Shown: piece by piece, positions 27,167 through 36,296 of the stretch | Numbering within the stretch: the first letter of the stretch is position 1 | Layout of the letters: each line of letters begins with the position of its first letter | DNA from: Candidatus Firestoneibacteriota bacterium | GTDB taxonomy: Bacteria > Oederibacteriota > D2-FULL-39-29 > JBBTED01 | DNA length: 64,000 nucleotides | NCBI GenBank assembly: GCA_038042445.1 | Contig: JBBTED010000067.1 | Coordinates: forward strand, 15,309-79,308 | Direction of reading: 5' to 3' | Notes under the pieces: generated by a model | Told to the model about the DNA's origin: nothing | The model's input: only the letters and a program-made list of their open reading frames with translations | Database searches by the model: none | Position numbers and translations under genes: made by a program

Positions 27167-29332
27167 ATGTCTAAACTGACTATAAATATTTCAGGAATGT
27201 CCTGTGCATCTTGTGTTTCCAATATTGAAAATACAGTTAAAAAACTTAACGGTATTTTAACGATAAATGTAAGTCTTGCTCTTAAAAAGGGACAAATAGA
27301 ATATAATCCTGATGAAGTTTCAGACAATAAAATAAAACAAACCATAAAAGATTTAGGATATGAAGTTTTTATTTCTGAAGCTGTTGCAGATTTAAAATCC
27401 AAAAAAGAGATAGAAGGTAACTATTATAAACTTATTAGTTGTGCAATTTTATCTGCGATTATTTTCATATTTGGTTTTCTGGAAAAAATTCCGTATGTTA
27501 TTTCGTTTGTTTTGGTTTTGCCAGTGCAATTTTGGGGGGGATGGCAATTCTATAAGGGTTTCTGGAAAAATCTAAAGAATTTTCAATTTGATATGAATAC
27601 TTTGATATCTATTGGAACTTCTTCAGCTTTTATATACAGTGTTGTTGCTACTTTCTTTCCACAGTTTATTTCAGAAGCAGGATTAAAAACAGGTATATAC
27701 TATGATACTTCTGCTGTGATAATTACACTTGTTTTGTTTGGCAGGTTTCTGGATGCAAAAGCAAAAAATAGGGCATCATTAGCTTTAGAAAAATTGATTA
27801 AATTGCATCCTAAATTTGTCCATATAATTAGAGATAGCAAAGAATCGGATATTTTGCTAAATGAATTAAAACATAATGATATAGTGGTTGTAAAGTCCGG
27901 TGAAAGAATACCTGCTGATGGAATAGTTATAGATGGATTTTCTACAGTTGATGAATCTATGCTTACTGGTGAAAGTTTGCCGGTTGAAAAGAAAGCTAAT
28001 GATAAAATTACAGCAGGAACTATAAATTACACAGGAACATTTAAATTTAATGTTTTGAAAACAGGCGGTGAAACTGTACTTGCACAGATGGTTAAAATGG
28101 TGGAAGAGGCATTACTTAGTAAAGCTCCAATTCAAAATTTTGCTGATAAAGTGGCAGGAATTTTTGTTCCATCTGTGATTATAATCGCTATACTTACTTT
28201 TGTTGTATGGATGATATTTGGGAAAGTATTTAATTTGGCTCTTTTAAATTTTGTGTCAGTATTGATAATTGCTTGTCCTTGTGCGTTAGGATTGGCAACT
28301 CCGATGGCAATTATTGTGGGAGTTGGAAAAGCATCAGAAATGGGTATTCTTTTTAAAAGTGCAGGAAGTATTGAGATGTTGCATAAAACCAAAGTGCTTA
28401 TTTTTGATAAAACAGGCACATTGACTTTTGGTAAGCCAGAAATTAAAAATATAATTCCATTTAAAGGTTATTTGGAACATCAAATTTTAGAAGTTGCAGG
28501 TTCAGTTTCGCAAAAATCTGAACATCCATATAGTAAAGCTATTTTGAGTCGTGTGCGTGAGGGAAAAATCAAACTTTTTGAACCTATAGGATTTGAAGAA
28601 TTTCCAGGTAATGGTATAAATGCTAAACTTGGAGAAAAAAATGTATTGCTTGGCAGTTTGAATTTTATGAAAGAAAAGAAAATAGATTTGTCTGATATGA
28701 ATAATATTTCTGAAATAGGATTTGGAAGTTTAACTTATGTTGTAGTTGATAATATGTTAGTTGGTATATTAGTTATGGCAGATGAAGTCAGGCCAGATGC
28801 AAAAATGGCCATTGAATCCTTAAAAAATATTGGAGTTGATACTGTTTTATTGACAGGTGATAATAAAACAACTGCTGATAAAGTAGCTAAAGAGCTTGGA
28901 ATAAATAAAGTTTTTGCAGAGGTTTTGCCACAGGATAAAGCTTTTTATGTCCAACAATTTCAGAGTGATGGCAAGATAGTTGCAATGGTTGGTGATGGAA
29001 TTAATGATGCATTGGCTTTAGCTAATGCGAATGTAGGGATTGCAGTTGCGACCGGTTCAGATATAGCAATTGAAGCAGCTGATGTTACATTGATGAAAAA
29101 TGATTTGCTATTGCTTGCTACCACAATAAATTTAAGCAAAAAAATGATGCGTATAATTAAACAAAATTTATTCTGGGCATTTGCCTATAATGTTTTAGGA
29201 ATACCTATTGCTGCAGGGATTCTTTATCCTTTTTTAGGTGAAAAAGGATTTTTGAATCCAATGTTTGCGTCTTTTGCAATGGCTATGAGTTCTTTATCAG
29301 TTATACTAAATTCTTTGCGATTAAAACGTTAG
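27167..29332 (+). CDS. copA: Copper-translocating P1B-type ATPase
   Basis: GMSCASC, TGES, CPCALGLATP, DKTGT, EHP, GDGIND, YN and MxxSS motifs. Confidence 0.93.
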   Translation: MSKLTINISGMSCASCVSNIENTVKKLNGILTINVSLALKKGQIEYNPDEVSDNKIKQTIKDLGYEVFISEAVADLKSKKEIEGNYYKLISCAILSAIIFIFGFLEKIPYVISFVLVLPVQFWGGWQFYKGFWKNLKNFQFDMNTLISIGTSSAFIYSVVATFFPQFISEAGLKTGIYYDTSAVIITLVLFGRFLDAKAKNRASLALEKLIKLHPKFVHIIRDSKESDILLNELKHNDIVVVKSGERIPADGIVIDGFSTVDESMLTGESLPVEKKANDKITAGTINYTGTFKFNVLKTGGETVLAQMVKMVEEALLSKAPIQNFADKVAGIFVPSVIIIAILTFVVWMIFGKVFNLALLNFVSVLIIACPCALGLATPMAIIVGVGKASEMGILFKSAGSIEMLHKTKVLIFDKTGTLTFGKPEIKNIIPFKGYLEHQILEVAGSVSQKSEHPYSKAILSRVREGKIKLFEPIGFEEFPGNGINAKLGEKNVLLGSLNFMKEKKIDLSDMNNISEIGFGSLTYVVVDNMLVGILVMADEVRPDAKMAIESLKNIGVDTVLLTGDNKTTADKVAKELGINKVFAEVLPQDKAFYVQQFQSDGKIVAMVGDGINDALALANANVGIAVATGSDIAIEAADVTLMKNDLLLLATTINLSKKMMRIIKQNLFWAFAYNVLGIPIAAGILYPFLGEKGFLNPMFASFAMAMSSLSVILNSLRLKR

Positions 29333-29339
29333 AAAATAT

Positions 29340-29461
29340 GCAGGACAGGAATGTTCTGCCTATCGTAGAAAATAGGTCAGGCATCTTGCCTGACAACAGA
29401 TGATGTGTGGCGAAAAGTAGTTTTACTCCTCTCCTCTTGTGGGAGAGGGTAGGGTGAGGGG
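29340..29461. repeat. Repeat cluster: two GACAGG/GTCAGGCATC hairpins and a CTCTCC..GGGAGAGGG..GGGTGAGGGG repeat
   Basis: 29340-29364, 29372-29394, 29426-29461; last one has a copy at 31538. Confidence 0.75.
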
Positions 29462-29469
29462 ATGATATT

Positions 29470-29784
29470 ATGACATACGTTGTAATTTTTATAACTGTAG
29501 CAAATGAAAAAGAGGGAAATACAATTACAAAAGCGCTTATTTTAAATAAATTGGCTGCTTGTGTAAATATTGTGCCACAAATAAAATCAATTTATTGGTG
29601 GAAGGGAAAAGTGGAAACCTCAAATGAGAAATTGCTAATTATAAAGACGAGAAAATCATTGGTTGTAAAACTAATAAAGGCAGTTAAAAAACTACACAGT
29701 TATACTGTTCCTGAAATAATAGCGATTCCTATAGTTGCTGGAAATAAAGATTATCTTAAATGGATAAACGATTCTACAAAATGA
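29470..29784 (+). CDS. cutA: Divalent-cation tolerance protein CutA
   Basis: LAACVNI, SIYWWKG, HSYTVPEII. Confidence 0.95.
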   Translation: MTYVVIFITVANEKEGNTITKALILNKLAACVNIVPQIKSIYWWKGKVETSNEKLLIIKTRKSLVVKLIKAVKKLHSYTVPEIIAIPIVAGNKDYLKWINDSTK

Positions 29785-31514
29785 CGAATTTTGAACTTGC
29801 AAATATATTTGGTGAATTGGTAGAACTTCTTGAGGTAAAATCTGAAAATCCTTTTAAAATCCGCGCTTATTATAAAGCTGTTCAAGTAATTGAAAATTAT
29901 CCAATTGAATTAGAAAACATATATACCAAAGATGGTATTGCTGGTCTGGAAGAAATTTCAGGAATAGGTAAAGGTATAGCTCAAAAAATAGAAGAACTTA
30001 TAAAAACAGGCAAATTAGTGCAATTGGATGAACTTAAAAAATCTATGCCTTCAGGTATTTTGGAAATTCTTAAAATTCAGGGAATGGGGCCTAAAAAAAC
30101 TAAACTTGTATACGACAAATTAAAAGTTAGTGATATACAAGAGCTTGAAAAAGTTGCTAAAGAAGGTAAGTTAAGAAATTTGCCTGGAATGGGAGAAAAA
30201 ACTGAACAGAATATTCTTAAAGGTATAGAATTTAGGAAAAAAGCAAAAGAAAGGATGCCATTAAGTAAGGCATTGCCTATTGCAAATTTGATTATAAATG
30301 ACTTAAAAAAACTTAAAGAAATAGACAAAATTGGTGTTGCAGGAAGTGTCCGTCGTGGAAGAGAAACAATAAAAGATATAGATATATTGGTAACTTCAAA
30401 ATTTTCTGAAAAAGTGATGAAGGCTTTTACAAATTTGACTTATGTGGAGCAAGTTTTGACATTTGGAAATACAAAATCTTCAGTTGTGACGAAGGAAGGA
30501 ATTCAGGTTGATTTAAGAGTAGTAGAAAATGAGTCGTATGGTGCATCTCTTTGTTATTTTACCGGTTCAAAAGAACATAACATAAAATTAAGAGAACTTG
30601 CAATAAAGGCAGGGCTAAAAATAAATGAGTATGGTGTTTTTAAAATTAATATAGATAAAAAAATCGTGGGCAAAACAGAAGAAGAAATTTATGATATACT
30701 TAAGCTAAAATATATACCACCTGAATTAAGAGAGGATAGAGGAGAAATTGAAGCTGCAAGAAATGGTGAATTACCTGTTCTTGTACGAGAAAAAGATATA
30801 AAAGGAGATTTGCAAGTACATAGTGAGTGGAGTGATGGCGCAGATAAAATTGAAGAAATAGTAGAGGTGGCAAAAAAAAGAGGTTACGAGTATATTGCAA
30901 TAACTGATCACTCCAAATCATTGAGAATAGCAAATGGGTTGACTGCAGAAAGGTTGAAAGAACAGATAAAAATAATCAAACGATTAAATGAAAAATTGGC
31001 TCCATTTAAAATACTTACAGGTACAGAAGTTGATATAAAACCAGATGGAACTCTTGATTTTGATGAAAAAATGTTAAAAGAGTTAGATGTAGTAGTTGCT
31101 TCTGTACATACAAAATTTACGCAGGATAAGGATGAAATGACTAAAAGGATAATAAAAGCCATACAAAATAAATATGTGAACATAATAGGTCATTTAAGTG
31201 GTAGAATAATTGGGCAAAGACCTTCTTATCTTATGGATTTTGAAAAAATATTAAATGAGGCAAAAAATACCGGAACTTTTCTTGAGATAAATTCGCATCC
31301 TGACAGACTTGATATTACTGATATTCAGGCGCATTTGGCAAAAGATAATGGTATGTTAATACCTATTAATACTGATGCACATCATAAGCTTTCTCTCGCC
31401 GATATTTCTTTTGGCATTATAACAGCCAGACGTGGTTGGTTAGAGAAAAAAGATGTTTTGAATGCTTTGCCATATAAAGAATTAATAACGAAATTACATC
31501 AAAAACGAGAATGA
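29781..31514 (+). CDS. polX: DNA polymerase X / PHP-domain 3'-5' exonuclease
   Basis: GSVRRG.ETIKDIDIL, FTGSKEHN, PPELRE, ITDHS, NTDAH. Confidence 0.95.
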   Translation: MTNFELANIFGELVELLEVKSENPFKIRAYYKAVQVIENYPIELENIYTKDGIAGLEEISGIGKGIAQKIEELIKTGKLVQLDELKKSMPSGILEILKIQGMGPKKTKLVYDKLKVSDIQELEKVAKEGKLRNLPGMGEKTEQNILKGIEFRKKAKERMPLSKALPIANLIINDLKKLKEIDKIGVAGSVRRGRETIKDIDILVTSKFSEKVMKAFTNLTYVEQVLTFGNTKSSVVTKEGIQVDLRVVENESYGASLCYFTGSKEHNIKLRELAIKAGLKINEYGVFKINIDKKIVGKTEEEIYDILKLKYIPPELREDRGEIEAARNGELPVLVREKDIKGDLQVHSEWSDGADKIEEIVEVAKKRGYEYIAITDHSKSLRIANGLTAERLKEQIKIIKRLNEKLAPFKILTGTEVDIKPDGTLDFDEKMLKELDVVVASVHTKFTQDKDEMTKRIIKAIQNKYVNIIGHLSGRIIGQRPSYLMDFEKILNEAKNTGTFLEINSHPDRLDITDIQAHLAKDNGMLIPINTDAHHKLSLADISFGIITARRGWLEKKDVLNALPYKELITKLHQKRE

Positions 31515-31537
31515 AGTCATACTTTGCTTTATGGTTT

Positions 31538-31571
31538 CCCTCTCCCCTTGTGGGAGAGGGTAGGTGAGGGG
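31538..31571. repeat. CCCTCTCCC..GGGAGAGGG-type palindrome
   Basis: CCCTCTCCCCTTGTGGGAGAGGGTAGGTGAGGGG. Confidence 0.75.
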
Positions 31572-31589
31572 ATAATTCTTTAAAAATAA

Positions 31590-32465
31590 ATGAAATCTGC
31601 AATAATTTATAGAATAATAATATACGGTTTTATACTTTTTGTGCTTGTTGTGTGGAGATTTTCCTATATTTTAACACATACAACACGAATGAAAGGAGAT
31701 TTTACTCCAGCAGGTTTTAATTTAACTTATGAAAATGTTAAATTTAAAACTTCAGATGGTTTGGAACTTGCAGGCTGGTTTATTCCTGTAAATAAACCTA
31801 AAGGATTGATTATACTTTGTCATGGCATAGGTGCAGATAAAAGTGATTTAGTTAGAATGGCGCCTTTTTTGTATCATGGTGGATACAGTGTTTTTATTTT
31901 TGATTTTAGATCGCATGGAGATAGTAGTGGAAAATATACTTCAATGGGATATTATGAAAGACAGGATTTGAATAGTGCAATAGATTATTTGAAATTACGA
32001 AAAGATTGTTCTAATTTAAATATAGGTGTTTATGGTTTTTCAATGGGTGCAAGTATTGCTTATATTGTTTCTTCAGAAAACAAAGAAATTAAAGCAGTTA
32101 TTGGAGATAGTGGTTTTGTAAGCGCAAAAGATATAATAACCAGATATGCTAATAAATTTTTCCATATTCCTAAATATCCGTTAGTTCCTATTGTTATATG
32201 GGTTGGAGAAAAATGGATTAAATGCAAATATAGTGATATTGATGCGATAAAATACATTGAAAAAATCAGTCCAAGGCCTGTGTTAATTATTCATGGAGAA
32301 AAAGATGAAAATATTCCTGTAGATGATGCAAGAAAATTATTTGAGAAAGCACGTGAACCAAAAGAATTATGGATTATTCCAAATGCAGGACATACTGAAA
32401 CATATTCAACAATGCAAAGCGTTTATGAACAAAAAATTATAGATTTTTTTAACAAGAATCTATAA
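31590..32465 (+). CDS. Alpha/beta hydrolase with N-terminal TM anchor
   Basis: CHG, DFRSHGDS, GFSMG nucleophile elbow, HGEKD, AGH. Confidence 0.9.
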   Translation: MKSAIIYRIIIYGFILFVLVVWRFSYILTHTTRMKGDFTPAGFNLTYENVKFKTSDGLELAGWFIPVNKPKGLIILCHGIGADKSDLVRMAPFLYHGGYSVFIFDFRSHGDSSGKYTSMGYYERQDLNSAIDYLKLRKDCSNLNIGVYGFSMGASIAYIVSSENKEIKAVIGDSGFVSAKDIITRYANKFFHIPKYPLVPIVIWVGEKWIKCKYSDIDAIKYIEKISPRPVLIIHGEKDENIPVDDARKLFEKAREPKELWIIPNAGHTETYSTMQSVYEQKIIDFFNKNL

Positions 32466-32549
32466 AAATGTTATTCCCTCATGTAAGCAATAGGTTAGGC
32501 ATTTTGCCTGACAAATCGGGAAGCAATAGGTCAGACATCTTGTCTGACC
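32465..32549. repeat. Composite repeat with two ATAGGTCAG-type hairpins
   Basis: Near copy of 5704-5752 plus AGCAATAGGTCAGACATCTTGTCTGAC. Confidence 0.75.
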
Positions 32550-32558
32550 TGTAAAAAT

Positions 32559-33545
32559 ATGCAAGCAAGCTATATACAACTTTTAAAATTAAAAGAACTT
32601 GAAAGTAGAGTCCAAATAGCTTATGACGTTTTGAAAGATTGTACTCTATGCCCAAGAAATTGTAGAGTAAATAGGGTGGGTGGTGAACTTGGGTTTTGCA
32701 AGTCTGGAAATAAAGTATTCATTTCTGATGCAATACCTCATTTTGGAGAAGAGCCGTTTATAAGTGGTAAAAATGGTTCAGGTACCATATTTTTTTCAAA
32801 TTGCAACCTTAGATGTAAATTTTGTCAGAATTATCAGATAAGCCATGAGGGTTTAGGTAAATATATTTCAGAAGAAGAATTGGCAAAACTAATGATTAGT
32901 TTGCAAAAAAAAGGGTGTCACAATATAAACTTGGTTTCTCCTACTCATTATGTTCCGCAAATATTAAAGTCGTTGTTACTTGCTGCAAATGAAGGATTAA
33001 ATATCCCAATAGTTTATAATACAAATGCTTATGATTCTGTTGAAGTATTGAAGATTTTAAATGGAATAGTTGATATTTATATGCCTGATATAAAATATAG
33101 CAATGATGAGACAGGATTTTTTTTGTCTAATGTTCAAGATTATTTGGAACATAACAGAAATGCAATTCTTGAAATGTATAGGCAGGTTGGAAATTTAAAA
33201 GTGAATAAACAAGGGATAGCAGAAAGAGGAATACTTATCAGGCATTTAGTTCTACCAAACAAACTTGCAGGAAGCATTGATGCCTTACGATTTTTAAAAA
33301 AGAATTTAGGAAAAGAAGTATATATAAGTTTAATGGCACAATATCATCCCTGCTACAAAGCCAAATCTGATGCAAGAATAAACAGATGTATAACTAACGA
33401 AGAATATCAGGAAATATTAGATATAGCTTCAGAATTAGATTTAGAAAATGTTTTAATTCAGGAATTAACCAGTCACAATGTTTTTTTGCCAGATTTCACA
33501 GATAAAAAACCATTTAAACAAAATCCATCTGCCCATTCTATTTGA
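32559..33545 (+). CDS. Radical SAM protein, PflX-like
   Basis: CTLCPRNC, HFGEEP, CNLRCKFCQN, RHLVLP. Confidence 0.9.
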   Translation: MQASYIQLLKLKELESRVQIAYDVLKDCTLCPRNCRVNRVGGELGFCKSGNKVFISDAIPHFGEEPFISGKNGSGTIFFSNCNLRCKFCQNYQISHEGLGKYISEEELAKLMISLQKKGCHNINLVSPTHYVPQILKSLLLAANEGLNIPIVYNTNAYDSVEVLKILNGIVDIYMPDIKYSNDETGFFLSNVQDYLEHNRNAILEMYRQVGNLKVNKQGIAERGILIRHLVLPNKLAGSIDALRFLKKNLGKEVYISLMAQYHPCYKAKSDARINRCITNEEYQEILDIASELDLENVLIQELTSHNVFLPDFTDKKPFKQNPSAHSI

Positions 33546-33571
33546 CAAACCCATATTTATTGCAGTAGAAT
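33542..33571 (+). promoter_or_regulatory. Promoter for the tRNA
   Basis: TTGACA-18 nt-TAGAAT. Confidence 0.55.
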
Positions 33572-33595
33572 GGTGTTAAATTATAAATCATCTTT

Positions 33596-33663
33596 GTAGT
33601 CGCAGGCTTTAGCCTGCGTATTTTGTTAGGAATAATAATTTGTAGTGTCCAACTTGGTTGGGA
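33596..33663 (+). repeat. Two GTAG-type REPs in the tRNA leader
   Basis: GTAGTCGCAGGCTTTAGCCTGCG; GTAGTGTCCAACTTGGTTGGGA. Confidence 0.75.
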
Positions 33664-33677
33664 TAAATAAAATATAC

Positions 33678-33770
33678 GGAGAGGTACCGAAGCGGTCATA
33701 ACGGGCTCGCCTGGAAAGCGATTCGGGAGGGAAACCTTCCACGTGGGTTCGAACCCCACCCTCTCCGCCA
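33678..33770 (+). tRNA. tRNA-Ser(GGA)
   Basis: Acceptor GGAGAGG/CCTCTCC-G-CCA, anticodon loop CTGGAAA, long variable arm, GGTTCGAA T-loop. Confidence 0.95.
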
Positions 33771-33881
33771 AAAAAAATAAATAATAGAGGGGTTCGAAGC
33801 CAACCCGAGTGCCGAGCAAAGCGAGGAATAAACGAGGGTGGCCGGCTTTGAAGGAGCGAACGATAGTGAGCGGATGAAAAG

Positions 33882-33902
33882 GAACCCCACCCTCTCCGCC
33901 AA
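33882..33902 (+). repeat. Exact 21-bp duplicate of the tRNA-Ser 3' end
   Basis: GAACCCCACCCTCTCCGCCAA also at 33751-33771. Confidence 0.92.
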
Positions 33903-33916
33903 GTTTTTACTTATTA

Positions 33917-34346
33917 TGAATATAATAACAATATTACTGGTTTTAATTCCAATAATCACCGCTATAATGAGTTCTTATCTAACTTATTATTTTACAATTA
34001 AATCTAAGAAGGATGAGTCCGTATTAAAATTTAAAGAGGAAAAATACTCTAATTTGCTAATATTTCTTCAAGGTTTTGTCGGTAGAACTATTTCGGGTGA
34101 AACCAAAATAAAATTTTTTGAAGAACAATATAAATCTTGGCTGTATAGTTCTGATGGTGTGGTAAATGCCATAAATCAATTGATACGTTTACTTGTAGAT
34201 GCAAACGTAAAAGGAAAAAACGTTGATCAAGAAGAAGGTAAAAAAATATCGGAAATATTGTTCTTGAAATGCGTAAAGATTTGCTAGGTAAAACAGAATT
34301 AACATTTGAAGATTTTCAATATACTAATGTTAATCCTGATAAGTAG
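33917..34346 (+). pseudogene. Hypothetical protein with N-terminal TM, apparent frameshift in an A7 run
   Basis: -1 frame after 34246 reads IGNIVLEMRKDLLGKTELTFEDFQY...*. Confidence 0.55.
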
Positions 34347-34368
34347 AGTTTAAAGTGATGTGTCAAAT

Positions 34369-34683
34369 ATGAATAGAATCATTTTTGGGATAATTTGCGG
34401 GTTGGGTTTTGGTATTATTGATGTGTTGATAATGATACCTTTAAAGTTCGAAAACAATCGTAAAAAAATTGATGCTATGAGTTCTGCTTTTCTGGAAAGG
34501 TTTATGCTTGGATTTTTGATTCCTAATATAGAGTTGGGAATTCATCCTGTTTTTACGGGGATATTCTTGGGTGTTGGTTTGAGTTTGCCTGCGGCAATTA
34601 TTACAAGAGTTTATGCTCCTATAATAGTTATTGGCATAATAGGAGGGGCAATTATAGGTTTCATAACAAAAGCAGTTTTATGA
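34369..34683 (+). CDS. Small 4-TM hypothetical membrane protein
   Basis: Hydrophobic Gly-rich ORF. Confidence 0.7.
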   Translation: MNRIIFGIICGLGFGIIDVLIMIPLKFENNRKKIDAMSSAFLERFMLGFLIPNIELGIHPVFTGIFLGVGLSLPAAIITRVYAPIIVIGIIGGAIIGFITKAVL

Positions 34684-34718
34684 TGTGGAATTAATGGAGT
34701 TATTAAAGAAAGGAATAC

Positions 34719-35309
34719 TTGCAATATATAGTTATTATAGGAGCTGTAGTTCAATTAGTGGGGATAGTTTCTTATATAAAAGAAACGCTCAAGGGTAATA
34801 CCAAGCCAGATAAAGTTACTTGGTTGTTGTGGTCTGTTGCTCCATTAATAGCAGCTTTTGCTGGATTTATAGATGGTGTCCGATGGGCTGTGTTACCTGT
34901 TTTTATCTCTGGGTTTGGACCTTTGCTTGTTTTTATTGCTTCTTTTATAAACAAAAACGCATATTGGAAATTAGAAAAATTTGATTATCTTTGTGGGTTT
35001 TGTTCGGTATTGGCTCTTGTTCTTTGGGGTATAACAAAAGAGCCGGTTGTTGCAATTGTTTTTGCAATAGCAAGTGATGGTTTAGCTGCGGTTCCCACTT
35101 TGATTAAATCGTGGAAATATCCGGAGACAGAAACCGTTGATGTTTATACTACAGGTTTATTTGGTGCTCTTACCAGTTTTACAGTTATTAAAATGTGGAG
35201 TTTTGCTGAAATTGCTTTTCCAATTTATTTAGTTGTCGCTAGTTCGGTTTTTATTGTATCTTTTTATAGGAAAAGGATTTTTAGAAAAGAATTTGTTGGC
35301 AAAGAGTAA
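34719..35309 (+). CDS. Hypothetical membrane protein (PQ-loop-like architecture)
   Basis: YIKETLKG.TKP..VTW.LW; PTLIKSWKYPETE; RBS AAGGA with TTG start. Confidence 0.75.
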   Translation: MQYIVIIGAVVQLVGIVSYIKETLKGNTKPDKVTWLLWSVAPLIAAFAGFIDGVRWAVLPVFISGFGPLLVFIASFINKNAYWKLEKFDYLCGFCSVLALVLWGITKEPVVAIVFAIASDGLAAVPTLIKSWKYPETETVDVYTTGLFGALTSFTVIKMWSFAEIAFPIYLVVASSVFIVSFYRKRIFRKEFVGKE

Positions 35310-35368
35310 ACAAAGAATTATATTGTGCTTTTTGCACAAATTAAGTAGTATGTAAAGAGGTGTAAAAA

Positions 35369-35527
35369 ATGACGATAAATATAAGCTGGCATATGAAAAA
35401 TAGAATGGTAAAAAATCCTTCTATTGAGACGAGAATTAAATGGCATTTAAAACATTCTAAAAATTGTTCATGCAGACCTATTCCTGTAAAATTACTAAAA
35501 GAAATAAAAAAACGCAAATTGTTGTGA
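35369..35527 (+). CDS. 52-aa His/Cys-rich small protein (missed by ORF track)
   Basis: RBS GAGGTG; MTINISWH...WHLKHSKNCSCRPIP. Confidence 0.7.
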   Translation: MTINISWHMKNRMVKNPSIETRIKWHLKHSKNCSCRPIPVKLLKEIKKRKLL

Positions 35528-35603
35528 ATTGGAACTTGGTATTTTAAAAATCCTATTGATTTAATATATAATATATACTATTATATATTATGAGGTGATT
35601 AAT

Positions 35604-35900
35604 ATGGCAAAACAAATGTTAATTTATATACAGGAAGAACAAAAAAATATGCTTTCGGATTTTAGTAAGGTAACAAAAAAATCTGTATCTGAACTTGTAA
35701 GGGAAGCAATTGATTCATTTTTAGAGAGGTATAAAAAGAAACCTGTTTCTCTTAGTGATGCTTTAAGAATTTCTTCAGGTGCATGGAAGGGTAGAGAAGA
35801 TATTAAAGATACAGAAATGTATGTCCGAAAAATTAGAAAAGAATTTACTGAATCATTTGAAAAAAAATCAAATAGATATGCAAAGAAAATTTCTGCTTGA
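35604..35900 (+). CDS. Ribbon-helix-helix antitoxin
   Basis: QMLIYI...SVSELVREAID; GAWKGR; overlaps PIN gene. Confidence 0.8.
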   Translation: MAKQMLIYIQEEQKNMLSDFSKVTKKSVSELVREAIDSFLERYKKKPVSLSDALRISSGAWKGREDIKDTEMYVRKIRKEFTESFEKKSNRYAKKISA

Positions 35901-36261
35901 TACAGATGTTCTTATAAATCACTTAAGGGATATTGATACAAAAACAATATTGGAATTATCTGCTAAAGGAGAAATTTTCATATGTGCTATAACTAATTTT
36001 GAAATATTGCGTGGTATGAGAAAAAATGAAGAAGATGATACACTTCTTTTGCTGCAGACAATAAAATCATTAGAGATTACTAAAGATGTAGCAGCAATAG
36101 CTGCAAAATACTATAATATCTACTTTAAATCACATGATTTGGAATTACCGGATATATTTATTGCTGCTGTTGCCAAGTTTAATCAACTAACCCTAGTTAC
36201 AATGAATAAAAAGCATTTTCCAATGAAAGATATTGGGGTTATATCTCCGAATGTTTCTTGA
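35878..36261 (+). CDS. vapC: PIN-domain VapC toxin
   Basis: LLDTDVLI, FEI.RG, PD.FIAA.A, LVT.N.KHFP. Confidence 0.9.
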   Translation: MQRKFLLDTDVLINHLRDIDTKTILELSAKGEIFICAITNFEILRGMRKNEEDDTLLLLQTIKSLEITKDVAAIAAKYYNIYFKSHDLELPDIFIAAVAKFNQLTLVTMNKKHFPMKDIGVISPNVS

Positions 36262-36296
36262 TACTTCAGTTAGAAAATTAGTGAAAGGATAAAATT

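Noticed and set aside
33538..33959. Minus-strand ORFs of 93 and 87 aa, and the 33838 GTG start
   Set aside because: Shadow translations of the tRNA, its duplicated end and REPs.
33917..36261. Possible integron cassette array (short co-oriented genes plus a TA pair)
   Set aside because: No attC-like RYYYAAC...GTTRRRY inverted structures seen between genes and no integrase.
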